A DNA stretch of 32,000 nucleotides from NCBI RefSeq assembly GCF_001644705.1, contig NZ_CP015137.1, positions 4,350,001-4,382,000 on the forward strand, given 5' to 3'. This document shows, piece after piece, positions 8,197 to 15,943 of the stretch. The translations under genes and the position numbers were made by a program. The stretch is from Dickeya solani IPO 2222 (GTDB lineage: Bacteria > Pseudomonadota > Gammaproteobacteria > Enterobacterales > Enterobacteriaceae). Within the stretch, counting starts at the first letter, position 1. The number at the start of each line of letters is the position of its first letter. Under the pieces are notes generated by a model, which worked only from the letters and a program-made list of their open reading frames with translations, had not been told where the DNA came from and did no database searches.

Positions 8197-9081
8197 ATGA
8201 AACTTGCAAGTTACCGCCATCACGGCAAAAACAGCTACGGGATCCACACGCCTGCGGGCCTGATTGATTTGGGAAGCCGGCTCGGCGACCGTTATCCGGA
8301 CCTGAAAGCGTTGCTGGCGGGCGATGCGCTCCAGGAAGCCGCGGCGTTCCAGAGCCAGACTCCGGACGTCGCCGTGGCAGATGTGACCTTTCTGCCGGTG
8401 ATTGTGACACCGTCCAAAATCCTGTGCGTCGGCATGAACTATGCCGACAAACGCAAAGAGTTTAACGAGCTGAACCCGGCGCCGACGCTGTTTGTGCGTT
8501 TTGCCGACTCGCAGACTGGTCACGGTACTCAGGTGCTCAAACCGCACTACTCCAGCGAGTTCGACTATGAAGGCGAACTGGCGGTGATCATCGGCAAAGA
8601 CGGCCAGAACATCAGCTGCGACGAGGCGCTGTCGTTTGTCGCCGGTTACAGCTGCTATATGGACGGCTCCGCCCGCGACTGGCAGCACAGCTGGTTTACC
8701 GCTGGTAAGAACTGGCAAAAGACCGGCGCGTTCGGGCCGTACCTCACCACCCGTGACGAAATCCCGGATCCGCATGCCCTGTCCATCCGCACCTACCTGA
8801 ACGGCCGCATGGTGCAGGACGACAACACCGCCAGCATGATCCACAAAGTGGCGGATCTGATCGAATACATCAGTACCTTCACCGCGCTGAGCGCCGGTGA
8901 CGTGATCATTACCGGCTCGCCTGGCGGCGTCGGCAAGAAACGTACGCCGCCGCTGTTCATGAAACCGGGCGACAGCATTGAAGTGGAAATTGAAAACGTG
9001 GGTCACCTGCGCAACACCATTGGTGAAGTCGCCCAGCCGGTGAAAACCCCGCGAGCGGCGCCCGCCGCTGTGGGGCACTGA
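8197..9081 (+). CDS. fumarylacetoacetate hydrolase (FAH) family protein, candidate soluble oxaloacetate decarboxylase
   Basis: The FAH-fold motifs are present: KILCVGMNYADK, FDYEGELAVIIGK (metal-binding acidic residues), GYSCYMDGSARDWQ, and GDVIITGSPGGVG. The specific function is inferred from position between the citrate carrier gene and citC. Confidence 0.9.
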   Translation: MKLASYRHHGKNSYGIHTPAGLIDLGSRLGDRYPDLKALLAGDALQEAAAFQSQTPDVAVADVTFLPVIVTPSKILCVGMNYADKRKEFNELNPAPTLFVRFADSQTGHGTQVLKPHYSSEFDYEGELAVIIGKDGQNISCDEALSFVAGYSCYMDGSARDWQHSWFTAGKNWQKTGAFGPYLTTRDEIPDPHALSIRTYLNGRMVQDDNTASMIHKVADLIEYISTFTALSAGDVIITGSPGGVGKKRTPPLFMKPGDSIEVEIENVGHLRNTIGEVAQPVKTPRAAPAAVGH

Positions 9082-9088
9082 CAGGTAT

Positions 9089-9110
9089 CGCCTCCGGCTT
9101 GCCGGAGGCG
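9089..9110 (+). other. perfect 9-bp GC hairpin with CUUG loop between the FAH gene and citC, no U-tract
   Basis: CGCCTCCGG-CTTG-CCGGAGGCG lies 8 nt after the FAH stop codon. It is followed by TCGACCCC, so it is not a canonical intrinsic terminator. Confidence 0.5.
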
Positions 9111-9156
9111 TCGACCCCACGTGTTATGTGGTACAGCAAAAAGCAGGATAACCGTT

Positions 9157-10200
9157 ATGTACGCCGATGAGAGTTTTACGTTTGCCACGCTGGATGTTCG
9201 CGTCCAACCTCGTGAACTGGCGGAAGTCAGTCAATTTCTCGGGATGTGCCAGTTGGGCATGGACAAGGATATCGAGTTTTTTGTGGTGGGCAGGCATAAC
9301 GGCCAACTGGTGGCCTGCGCCGGACTGTGCGCGAATACCATCAAGTGTGTGGCGGTGGATCCCAGCTATCGTGATCTCAATCTGGGGGTGAAAGTGGTGA
9401 ACGAGGTGGTGCAGTTCGCCGCTGAGCGTGGTCAGTTCCATCTGTTTCTCTACACCCGCCCCTGCAATATCCAGGTTTTCCGCGGCTGCGGTTTCTACCC
9501 GCTGGCCTGTTATGACGACAAGGCCGTGCTGATGGAAAACACGCCTATCGGCATCAAACAGTATTGTCAGTCCCTGGCGGCGCAGGTCAAACCGGGCCGG
9601 GACATCGGCGCCATCGTGATGAACGCCAATCCGTTCACGCTGGGGCATTGTTATCTGGCGGAGCAGGCCGCTCGTGCCTGTGACTGGCTGCATATCTTTG
9701 TGGTGCGGGAAGATGTGTCCTTTTTCCCGTTCACCGAACGGCTGGAGATGGTTCGTCAGGGGGTGGCGCATATCCCGAATCTGACGGTGCATGCCGGGTC
9801 GGAATACATGATTTCCAAAGCTACCTTTCCTGGCTATTTCCTGAAAGAAGAGCAACTGATTACTCAGGCCCATGCGGCGCTGGATCTGATCATCTTTCGT
9901 CAGTACATCGCCCCGGCGCTCGGTATTACCCGGCGCTTTGTCGGCACCGAACCTTTCTGCCCGGTCACGCATCAGTACAACCAGGATATGCATCACTGGC
10001 TGGAGCAGGCCGGGCAGGTTGCCGCGCCGGCGCTGGAAGTGGTGGAAATTGAACGCACTCGCGAACACTCCGGCCTGGCGATTTCCGCCTCTGAAGTGCG
10101 CCGGTTACTGAAGCTGCGTCAGTTTGAACCTATCCGCGAGATTGTCCCGGCGACTACGTTTGCGCATTTACAACGCTATGGCGAACTCGCCTGTGCGTAA
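9157..10200 (+). CDS. citC: [citrate (pro-3S)-lyase] ligase
   Basis: The protein is collinear with E. coli CitC (IVMNANPFTLGH, FPGYFLKE, FVGTEPFCPVT.QYNQDM, ISAS.VR.LL). I prefer the ATG at 9157 over the ORF-track GTG at 9121 based on the N-terminal alignment. Confidence 0.92.
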   Translation: MYADESFTFATLDVRVQPRELAEVSQFLGMCQLGMDKDIEFFVVGRHNGQLVACAGLCANTIKCVAVDPSYRDLNLGVKVVNEVVQFAAERGQFHLFLYTRPCNIQVFRGCGFYPLACYDDKAVLMENTPIGIKQYCQSLAAQVKPGRDIGAIVMNANPFTLGHCYLAEQAARACDWLHIFVVREDVSFFPFTERLEMVRQGVAHIPNLTVHAGSEYMISKATFPGYFLKEEQLITQAHAALDLIIFRQYIAPALGITRRFVGTEPFCPVTHQYNQDMHHWLEQAGQVAAPALEVVEIERTREHSGLAISASEVRRLLKLRQFEPIREIVPATTFAHLQRYGELACA

Positions 10201-10232
10201 CGTGTTTTTAATGTATTAAGCAGGTAAACAAC

Positions 10233-10523
10233 ATGAAAATTATCAAGGAGGCCCTGGCGGGCACCTTTGAATCCAGCGACTTGCTGGTCAAGGTGGCGCC
10301 GGCGGAAGGCCCGTTGACTGTGGTGATAAACAGCGAGGTCATCAAACAGTTTGGCGCGCAGATCACGCAGGTGGTGAACGACACCCTGCGCACGCTGGGC
10401 GTGGAGTCCGGCACCATCGTGGTTGAGGACAAGGGCGCGCTGGACTGCGTGATCCGTGCCCGGGTGCAGAGCGCCGTGCTGCGTGCCGCCGATGTTGATC
10501 AGATTGACTGGGAGAAACTGTGA
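10233..10523 (+). CDS. citD: citrate lyase acyl carrier protein (gamma subunit)
   Basis: The 96-aa protein starts [23 protein letters not shown], carries the prosthetic-group Ser region, and has the [12 protein letters not shown] motif. These match CitD. Confidence 0.95.
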   Translation: MKIIKEALAGTFESSDLLVKVAPAEGPLTVVINSEVIKQFGAQITQVVNDTLRTLGVESGTIVVEDKGALDCVIRARVQSAVLRAADVDQIDWEKL

Positions 10524-11413
10524 TGAGCACTACTCAGCCGAAAAAACTGCGCCGCAGTATGCTGTTCCTGCCGGGCGCCAATGCCGCCATGTTGTCCAAC
10601 GCTTTTATCTATCAGCCGGACTCCATCATGTTCGACCTGGAGGACGCCGTCTCCCTGCGTGAGAAAGATACCGCGCGTCTGCTGGTTTACCATGCGTTGC
10701 AGCACCCGATGTATCAGGGCATTGAAACCGTGGTGCGCATCAATCAGCTCAACACCCCGTTTGGTCTGAAAGACCTGGAAGCGGCGGTACGAGGCGGCGT
10801 GGATGTCATTCGCCTGCCGAAAACCGATTCTACCGACGATGTCGATGAACTGGAACATCACCTGGTCCGCATCGAAAAAGCGTGCGGCCGTGAAGTCGGT
10901 TCTACCCGCATTATGGCGGCGATTGAGTCCGCGATTGGGGTGATCAACGCCGTGTCTATCGCCCGCTCCTCCGAGCGGATGATCGGTATCGCGCTGGCGG
11001 CGTTCGACTATGTGATGGACATGCAAACCGAACGCGGCGACGGCACCGAGCTGTTCTATGCTCGCTGCGCGGTGCTGCACGCTGCCCGTGCTGCCGGTAT
11101 CGATGCCTTTGACGTGGTGTACTCCAATGTCAACGACGAAGAAGGTTTCCTGAAAGAAGTGGATCTGATCCGCCGGCTGGGCTTCAACGGCAAGTCGCTG
11201 ATCAACCCACGTCAAATTGAACTGCTGCACAACGCCTACGCGCCGACCCAGGATGAGGTGGACTACGCCCATCTGGTCATCAAGGCGGCGGAAGATGGCG
11301 AGCGCGCCGGGCTGGGGGTCATTTCGCTGAACGGAAAAATGATCGACGGCCCGATTATCGACCACGCCCGCCGGGTGGTGGAGCGTGCGCTGGCCTCCGG
11401 CGTACGACAATAG
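10523..11413 (+). CDS. citE: citrate lyase beta subunit (citryl-ACP lyase)
   Basis: [15 protein letters not shown]...[15 protein letters not shown]...[10 protein letters not shown] is CitE/HpcH-like. The start overlaps the citD stop (TGATG). The GTG at 10520 is an alternative start. Confidence 0.95.
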   Translation: MSTTQPKKLRRSMLFLPGANAAMLSNAFIYQPDSIMFDLEDAVSLREKDTARLLVYHALQHPMYQGIETVVRINQLNTPFGLKDLEAAVRGGVDVIRLPKTDSTDDVDELEHHLVRIEKACGREVGSTRIMAAIESAIGVINAVSIARSSERMIGIALAAFDYVMDMQTERGDGTELFYARCAVLHAARAAGIDAFDVVYSNVNDEEGFLKEVDLIRRLGFNGKSLINPRQIELLHNAYAPTQDEVDYAHLVIKAAEDGERAGLGVISLNGKMIDGPIIDHARRVVERALASGVRQ

Positions 11414-11502
11414 GCGCAGACCGGGTAACCGATAGTTTCCGCACTGGCCGGCCGGCGGCGAGATGTCGCGCTGGCGGGCCGTCGCAATGACAGGATTGGA
11501 TC

Positions 11503-13032
11503 ATGAGTAACTTTATTGAAGCACTGCAGAAGCAATATCCGGAAAAAAGCCATCTGCAACCGTTCGTTAATGCCAACCACAGCACCCCCTGGCTGAATGA
11601 CGTCGTCCAGAAGCACCAGCGCAAACTGTGTGCCGATCTGGAAGAGGCGATCCGCAAAAGCGGGCTGCAGGATGGTATGACCATTTCGTTCCATCACGCC
11701 TTCCGTGAAGGGGACAAGGTGATTAACCATGTGGTGGATACGCTGGCCCGCCTGGGTTTTAAAAATCTGACGCTGGCCTCCAGCTCGCTGATGACCTGCA
11801 ACGCGCCGCTGATCGAACATATCCGCAATGGCGTGATTACCCGCATCTACACCTCCGGCATGCGCGGCAAGCTGGCGGACGCCATCTCGCACGGCCTGAT
11901 GAAAGAGCCGGTGCAGATTCACTCTCACGGCGGTCGCGTGCATCTGTTGCAGAGCGGCGAACTGAAGATTGACGTCGCGTTCCTTGGGGTGCCGAGCAGC
12001 GACGAATTCGGTAACGCCAACGGCACGTCGGGTAAATCCCGCTGCGGCTCGCTCGGCTACGCGATGGTGGATGCCCACTATGCCCGTAAAGTCGTGCTGT
12101 TGACCGAAAGTCTGGTGCCGTTCCCCAACATGCCGGCCAGTCTGGTGCAGGATCAGGTGGACTTTGTGGTGCCGGTGGACGAAGTGGGCGACCCGGCGAA
12201 AATTAGCGTCGGTGCGGCGCGCGTCACCAGCAACCCGCGTGAACTGCTGATTGCCCGCCGCGCGGCGGACGTGATCGCACACTCCGGCTATTTCAAACCG
12301 GGCTTTTCGATCCAGACCGGCTCCGGCGCGGCTTCTACCGCCTGTACCCGTTTTCTGGAAGATCGCATGCAGAAACAGGGCGTGGTGGCGAGTTTCGCAC
12401 TCGGCGGCATCACCGGCAGTATTGTCGATCTGCATGAAAAAGGGTTGATTGAAAAACTGCTGGACACCCAGTGCTTTGACGCTAACGCGGCGGCATCGCT
12501 GGCGAAAAACCCCAATCATGTGGAAATCTCCACCAATGTCTACGCCAACCCCAGTGCCAAGGCGGCCTGTTGCGACCAGTTGGACGTGGTGATTCTGAGC
12601 GCGCTGGAAATCGATACCCAGTTTAACGTCAACGTGATCACCGGCTCCGACGGCGTGATGCGCGGCGCTTCCGGCGGCCATTGCGATGTAGCGACCGCAG
12701 CCAACCTGACCATCGTGGTCGCGCCGTTGATCCGCAGTCGTATTCCGACGGTAGTGCGCCAGGTCACGACCTGTGTGACGCCGGGCAGCGCTATCGACGT
12801 GCTGGTGACCGACCACGGCATCGCCGTCAACCCGGCGCGTCCGGATGTGGCGGAGCGTTTGGTCAACGCCGGTCTGAGCGTGATGTCCATCGACGATCTG
12901 TACCAGCGGGCGATCCAACTGGTGGGTGAACCGAAGGCCATCGAATTCCACGACCGCATCGTCGGGGTGATCCGCTACCGTGACGGCAGCGTGATTGACG
13001 TGGTACGTCAGGTTAAAGAGGAAAACGAGTGA
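11503..13032 (+). CDS. citF: citrate lyase alpha subunit (citrate CoA-transferase)
   Basis: The 509-aa protein is the right size and is collinear with CitF (ISFHHAFREGD, IQTGSGAAS, GASGGH). An AGGA Shine-Dalgarno sequence lies 7 nt upstream. Confidence 0.95.
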   Translation: MSNFIEALQKQYPEKSHLQPFVNANHSTPWLNDVVQKHQRKLCADLEEAIRKSGLQDGMTISFHHAFREGDKVINHVVDTLARLGFKNLTLASSSLMTCNAPLIEHIRNGVITRIYTSGMRGKLADAISHGLMKEPVQIHSHGGRVHLLQSGELKIDVAFLGVPSSDEFGNANGTSGKSRCGSLGYAMVDAHYARKVVLLTESLVPFPNMPASLVQDQVDFVVPVDEVGDPAKISVGAARVTSNPRELLIARRAADVIAHSGYFKPGFSIQTGSGAASTACTRFLEDRMQKQGVVASFALGGITGSIVDLHEKGLIEKLLDTQCFDANAAASLAKNPNHVEISTNVYANPSAKAACCDQLDVVILSALEIDTQFNVNVITGSDGVMRGASGGHCDVATAANLTIVVAPLIRSRIPTVVRQVTTCVTPGSAIDVLVTDHGIAVNPARPDVAERLVNAGLSVMSIDDLYQRAIQLVGEPKAIEFHDRIVGVIRYRDGSVIDVVRQVKEENE

Positions 13033-13571
13033 GCGATGTTGCGGTAGACGCACCGGTCGCCGTCTCACTGGAAAGCCTGCTGGCGGCGAAGGAGCGCCGC
13101 TATGCCCGTCAGCAGCAACTGCTGGCGCGGCATCAGTCGACGCTGGTGTCGTTGACGCTGGTGACGCCGGGGTCGGTTAAAGATTCGCCGCTGTATCGAC
13201 GAGGTATGGCGGAAGCGGTGGCCGCGTTCAATGACTTGTGCCTGGCGCGCGGCTGGGAAGCGCTGGAACAACAGCTGCACTGGCTGGATACCGGCGCAGA
13301 GGCATTCTGGGTCATTACCAAGGATGCGTTGAGCGTTAAGGCGGCGGCCATTGCACTGGAAGATCAGCACCCATTAGGGCGGCTGTGGGATTTTGACGTG
13401 TTTTGTCCGCAGGAAGGGTCGATTAGCCGGACGTTACTGGCGCATGATCGTCGCCGGTGTATACTCTGTGATGAATCGGCGCATGCCTGCGCGCGTTCGC
13501 GCCGCCATGCGTTACCGGACGTGATTGAAAAAATCGAGGGTATCCTCCATGCCTGGTTTAACGCACACTGA
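13029..13571 (+). CDS. citX: apo-citrate lyase phosphoribosyl-dephospho-CoA transferase (holo-ACP synthase)
   Basis: The 180-aa protein has a GTG start overlapping the citF stop (GTGA). HPLGRLWDFDV and RRCILCDESAHACARSRRH match the conserved core of CitX. Confidence 0.9.
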   Translation: MSDVAVDAPVAVSLESLLAAKERRYARQQQLLARHQSTLVSLTLVTPGSVKDSPLYRRGMAEAVAAFNDLCLARGWEALEQQLHWLDTGAEAFWVITKDALSVKAAAIALEDQHPLGRLWDFDVFCPQEGSISRTLLAHDRRRCILCDESAHACARSRRHALPDVIEKIEGILHAWFNAH

Positions 13572-14457
13572 GTCGAGTGTTTCCTCTCCGTTACTGACAC
13601 CGCTATTTCCTGATGCCACTGGCGCGCTGGTGGCAATCCCCACTATTCACCAGCAGGTGGCTGCCGCCCTGACTGTCGAGGTGATGCTGACGCCAAAACC
13701 CGGTCTGGTGGATCAGGATAACAACGGTGCCCATCGCGATATGGATGTGCCGCTGTTTCAGGCCAGTATCGCCGCGCTGGCTCCCTGGTTTTCACGTTTT
13801 ACCGAAGCAGGCATAGCGCATAGCGCGTTGCCGATGACCCAGCTCCTGCCGCAGGTGCGGCCCATTGGCATCGCCGCCGAACAGGCGATGCTGGCCGCGA
13901 CGGGCGGCGTGAATACCCATAAAGGCGGCATTTTTGCCTTTGGGTTGCTGTGCAGCGCCGCCGGCTGGCTGGCGGGGCGTCGGCTACGGCTGACGCGGGA
14001 CAGTCTGTGTCAGTGCGCTGCGCAGATGAGCGCCGATTTGGTGCGTAATGAACTGGAAAACAACCAGCACACCGCGACGGCGGGAGAACATCTGTTCCGG
14101 CGTCACGGCCTGACCGGTGCTCGGGGGGAAGCCGCCAGCGGTTTTGCCACCGTTCGTCAGTATGCGCTGCCCGCTTATCTGCACGCCCGCGCACAGGGGC
14201 AGGATGACGACTCTGCTTTGCTGCAGACGCTGGTGGTATTAATGGCCCACAACCCGGATACCAATGTCGTGTCCCGAGGCGGAATAAAAGGGCTGACGTT
14301 CGTGCAATCTCAGGCGCGGGCGCTACTGTCCGGCGGTGTGACCCGGCAGGGACTACAGGAGATGAATCAAGCGTTGGTCGAGCGCAACATTAGCCCTGGC
14401 GGCAGTGCCGACCTGCTGGCGCTAACCTGGCTGCTTTCTCACTATCCTCACGTCTGA
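13549..14457 (+). CDS. citG: triphosphoribosyl-dephospho-CoA synthase
   Basis: LTPKPGLVD..NNGAHRDM, GGVNTHKG.IF, LTGARGEAASGF, DTNVVSRGG and ISPGGSADLL are CitG motifs. I prefer the ATG at 13549, which overlaps citX by 23 nt. The ORF-track start at 13525 is a TTG. Confidence 0.9.
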   Translation: MPGLTHTESSVSSPLLTPLFPDATGALVAIPTIHQQVAAALTVEVMLTPKPGLVDQDNNGAHRDMDVPLFQASIAALAPWFSRFTEAGIAHSALPMTQLLPQVRPIGIAAEQAMLAATGGVNTHKGGIFAFGLLCSAAGWLAGRRLRLTRDSLCQCAAQMSADLVRNELENNQHTATAGEHLFRRHGLTGARGEAASGFATVRQYALPAYLHARAQGQDDDSALLQTLVVLMAHNPDTNVVSRGGIKGLTFVQSQARALLSGGVTRQGLQEMNQALVERNISPGGSADLLALTWLLSHYPHV

Positions 14458-14507
14458 ACCTCGTCTATTATTGGCGAACAGTCACCCCTATTCTTTTCAT
14501 GAGTTTT

Positions 14508-14538
14508 CGCCTCGTGTTTGCGAGGCGTTCTGTATTTC
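14508..14538 (+). terminator. weak candidate terminator after citG
   Basis: CGCCTCG-TGTTTG-CGAGGCG (7-bp stem) is followed by a T-rich tail, TTCTGTATTTC. It lies 50 nt after the citG stop codon. Confidence 0.4.
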
Positions 14539-14585
14539 GGATATTCCGTGCGTACAGCGCATAAGCGAATGAACGGATAAAGCCC

Positions 14586-14612
14586 TAAAGTTGATGGCAT
14601 GAATGTCGATAC
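14586..14612 (+). promoter_or_regulatory. sigma28 (FliA) promoter for ycgR
   Basis: TAAAGTT-...-GTCGATAC reads as TAAA-N15-GTCGATAC against the consensus TAAAGTTT-N11-GCCGATAA. The spacing is exact and the -10 element matches 6 of 8. It lies about 70 nt upstream of the ycgR start. E. coli ycgR is a known class 3 flagellar gene. Confidence 0.6.
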
Positions 14613-14682
14613 TAGTGCCATGCTGTATCCTGGGGGTTCTGGGACACTGAATGATGCATTGACCATTCAATTGACGGTGGGG

Positions 14683-15435
14683 ATGGATGTAGTGGATAAC
14701 AAGATGAAAGAGCAGTACGCCAGGCATAATAAAATGGCTATTTGCGCCACATTGCGCGGACTGCAAAAGCAAGACGCCACAGTAATGGTGTATCACACGC
14801 ACGGTCAGTTCATCAGCAAGATCCTTGAGGTTGATTCGGACGAAGAGGAGTTTCTTTTTGACCTTGGCGCGCTGGAGCGTGAAAACAGCCGGGCGCTGTT
14901 TGCGGGTGAGCTTGAGTTTGCGGCAGAAACCGCTGGCGCCAAGGTTGAATTTCGTACCACGATCATCAGAACGGTCGATCATGACGGCCTCCCCGCTTTC
15001 TGCGCGGCGGTTCCCGACGTGCTGTACTATATCCAACGCCGTAATTTTTTCCGTATCAACTCACCTGCCTGGCCACCAATGAACTGCCGGGGAGAACTGC
15101 CGGACAACACCCATTTCGAATTTAACCTGAAGGATCTGTCGCTGGGCGGCTTGTCCATGTACACCGATGACAAAGCTATGGCTGAGCTGTTTGAGCCGGG
15201 CATGCTGCTGAGAAATATTGATGTGGATCTTGCCAGTTACGGGCAATTCTGTCTGGACTTGCAGTTTGTCAACCATGCCACCACCAAAGTCATGGACAGT
15301 AAAGGCGAGGTGAAGCAGATCGAACGCCTGAGCTTCAGGTTTTCGTCGCTAAGCGCTACGCAGGAGCGAGGATTGCAACAGGTGATTACCGAACTGGAAC
15401 TGGATCAAAACGAAAAGCGTAAACGGCTTCGCTGA
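14683..15435 (+). CDS. ycgR: flagellar brake protein YcgR (PilZN plus PilZ c-di-GMP receptor)
   Basis: The protein is collinear with E. coli YcgR (AETAGAKVEFRTT, LPAF, YYIQRRNFFRI, LKDLSLGG, RLSFRF). The PilZ motifs RxxxR (RNFFR) and DxSxxG (DLSLGG) are present. The ORF-track ATG at 14599 lies inside the sigma28 promoter, so the start is 14683 or 14704. Confidence 0.9.
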   Translation: MDVVDNKMKEQYARHNKMAICATLRGLQKQDATVMVYHTHGQFISKILEVDSDEEEFLFDLGALERENSRALFAGELEFAAETAGAKVEFRTTIIRTVDHDGLPAFCAAVPDVLYYIQRRNFFRINSPAWPPMNCRGELPDNTHFEFNLKDLSLGGLSMYTDDKAMAELFEPGMLLRNIDVDLASYGQFCLDLQFVNHATTKVMDSKGEVKQIERLSFRFSSLSATQERGLQQVITELELDQNEKRKRLR

Positions 15436-15543
15436 GCCGTTTGATCCGCGCCAGCTACAGCGTTGACCGCGTAAGTCTTGCACGATTGGCTTTACAGGTC
15501 TTGTCTCTGATTGCCGGCTGGGGCAAAATACGCGCCCTGAAAA

Positions 15544-15577
15544 ACCGACGCATCGCTATCGCGTCGGTTATTTTTTT
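15544..15577 (+). terminator. Rho-independent terminator downstream of ycgR
   Basis: AACCGACGC-(loop)-GCGTCGGTT is followed by ATTTTTTTG. Confidence 0.7.
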
Positions 15578-15670
15578 GCACTTCATTAAGAGGCTGGTGC
15601 TGTTGATGGCACCGGACAGATATCGGTAAAACGCATGCTACGGGCTGCGCAGAGTAAATAGAGAGACATA

Positions 15671-15943
15671 ATGGGGCAATCAGTTGTTTTGGAGTCGGTG
15701 CCCGCCGGCTGGTGCTGCGAGTGCAGCGACAAGGGCGATATGCTGGCATGGCTGGCATCGGGCGGTGTATCCGCTGCTCAGCACCTCGGCTACGGCGACA
15801 CAGTTCGTCCGTTCGCTTCCGGACGTTCCGGATACCTGAAGCACCGCCGCACGGCGTCTTCGTCATTCATAGCGGGATCATGGTTGATGGTTGGCACCGG
15901 TAAGGTCGCTGCTGGTAAGGGAGGTCTGCGTCATGACAACTGA
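15671..15943 (+). pseudogene. possible 3' remnant of a LysR-family regulator gene (yeeY position), or a 90-codon upstream ORF overlapping the plaP start
   Basis: The frame reads ...ECSDKGDMLAWLASGGVSAAQHL...VRPF...YLKHRRTASSSFIAGSWL. This is loosely collinear with the generic LysR C-terminal pattern (E....ml.LVaaGlGv..lP..l ... v.p. ... lv.r.....spa.raF..fl). It is in the same strand and position as yeeY in E. coli. No N-terminal HTH or the rest of the effector domain is present. Confidence 0.3.

Noticed and set aside
11414-11502. A 90-bp GC-rich spacer lies between citE and citF, whereas the other cit genes overlap or abut.
   Set aside because: I could not find a convincing hairpin, promoter or small ORF in it. 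The citF start is fixed by an in-frame TGA at 11488 and a good Shine-Dalgarno sequence. I note it as unexplained but not demonstrably functional.
11263-13068. A 601-aa ORF lies on the minus strand opposite citF. Similar long antisense ORFs are at 8086-9120 (opposite the FAH gene), 9124-10068 (citC), 10499-11410 (citE), 25653-26528 (kdsB), 17431-18216 and 18331-19071 (sbcB), 29365-30108 (elyC), 31048-31689 (mukF), 1670-2509 and 2422-3231 (MCP), and 7392-7952 (citS).
   Set aside because: These are shadow ORFs typical of GC-rich coding DNA. Their translations are Arg/His/Gln/Gly-rich and low in complexity, with no recognisable motifs. In every case the opposite strand encodes a full-length, clearly homologous protein.
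14497-15036. A 179-aa minus-strand ORF lies opposite ycgR. The 14599 ATG was also considered as the ycgR start.
   Set aside because: The antisense ORF has no motifs, whereas the plus strand encodes a complete YcgR homologue. The 14599 ATG lies inside the sigma28 promoter (14586-14612) and so upstream of the likely transcription start.
15492-15866. A 124-aa minus-strand ORF lies in the ycgR-plaP spacer.
   Set aside because: Its translation is Arg/Cys/Pro-rich and nonsense-like, and it has no Shine-Dalgarno sequence. The plus-strand frame gives the more coherent, LysR-remnant-like reading.
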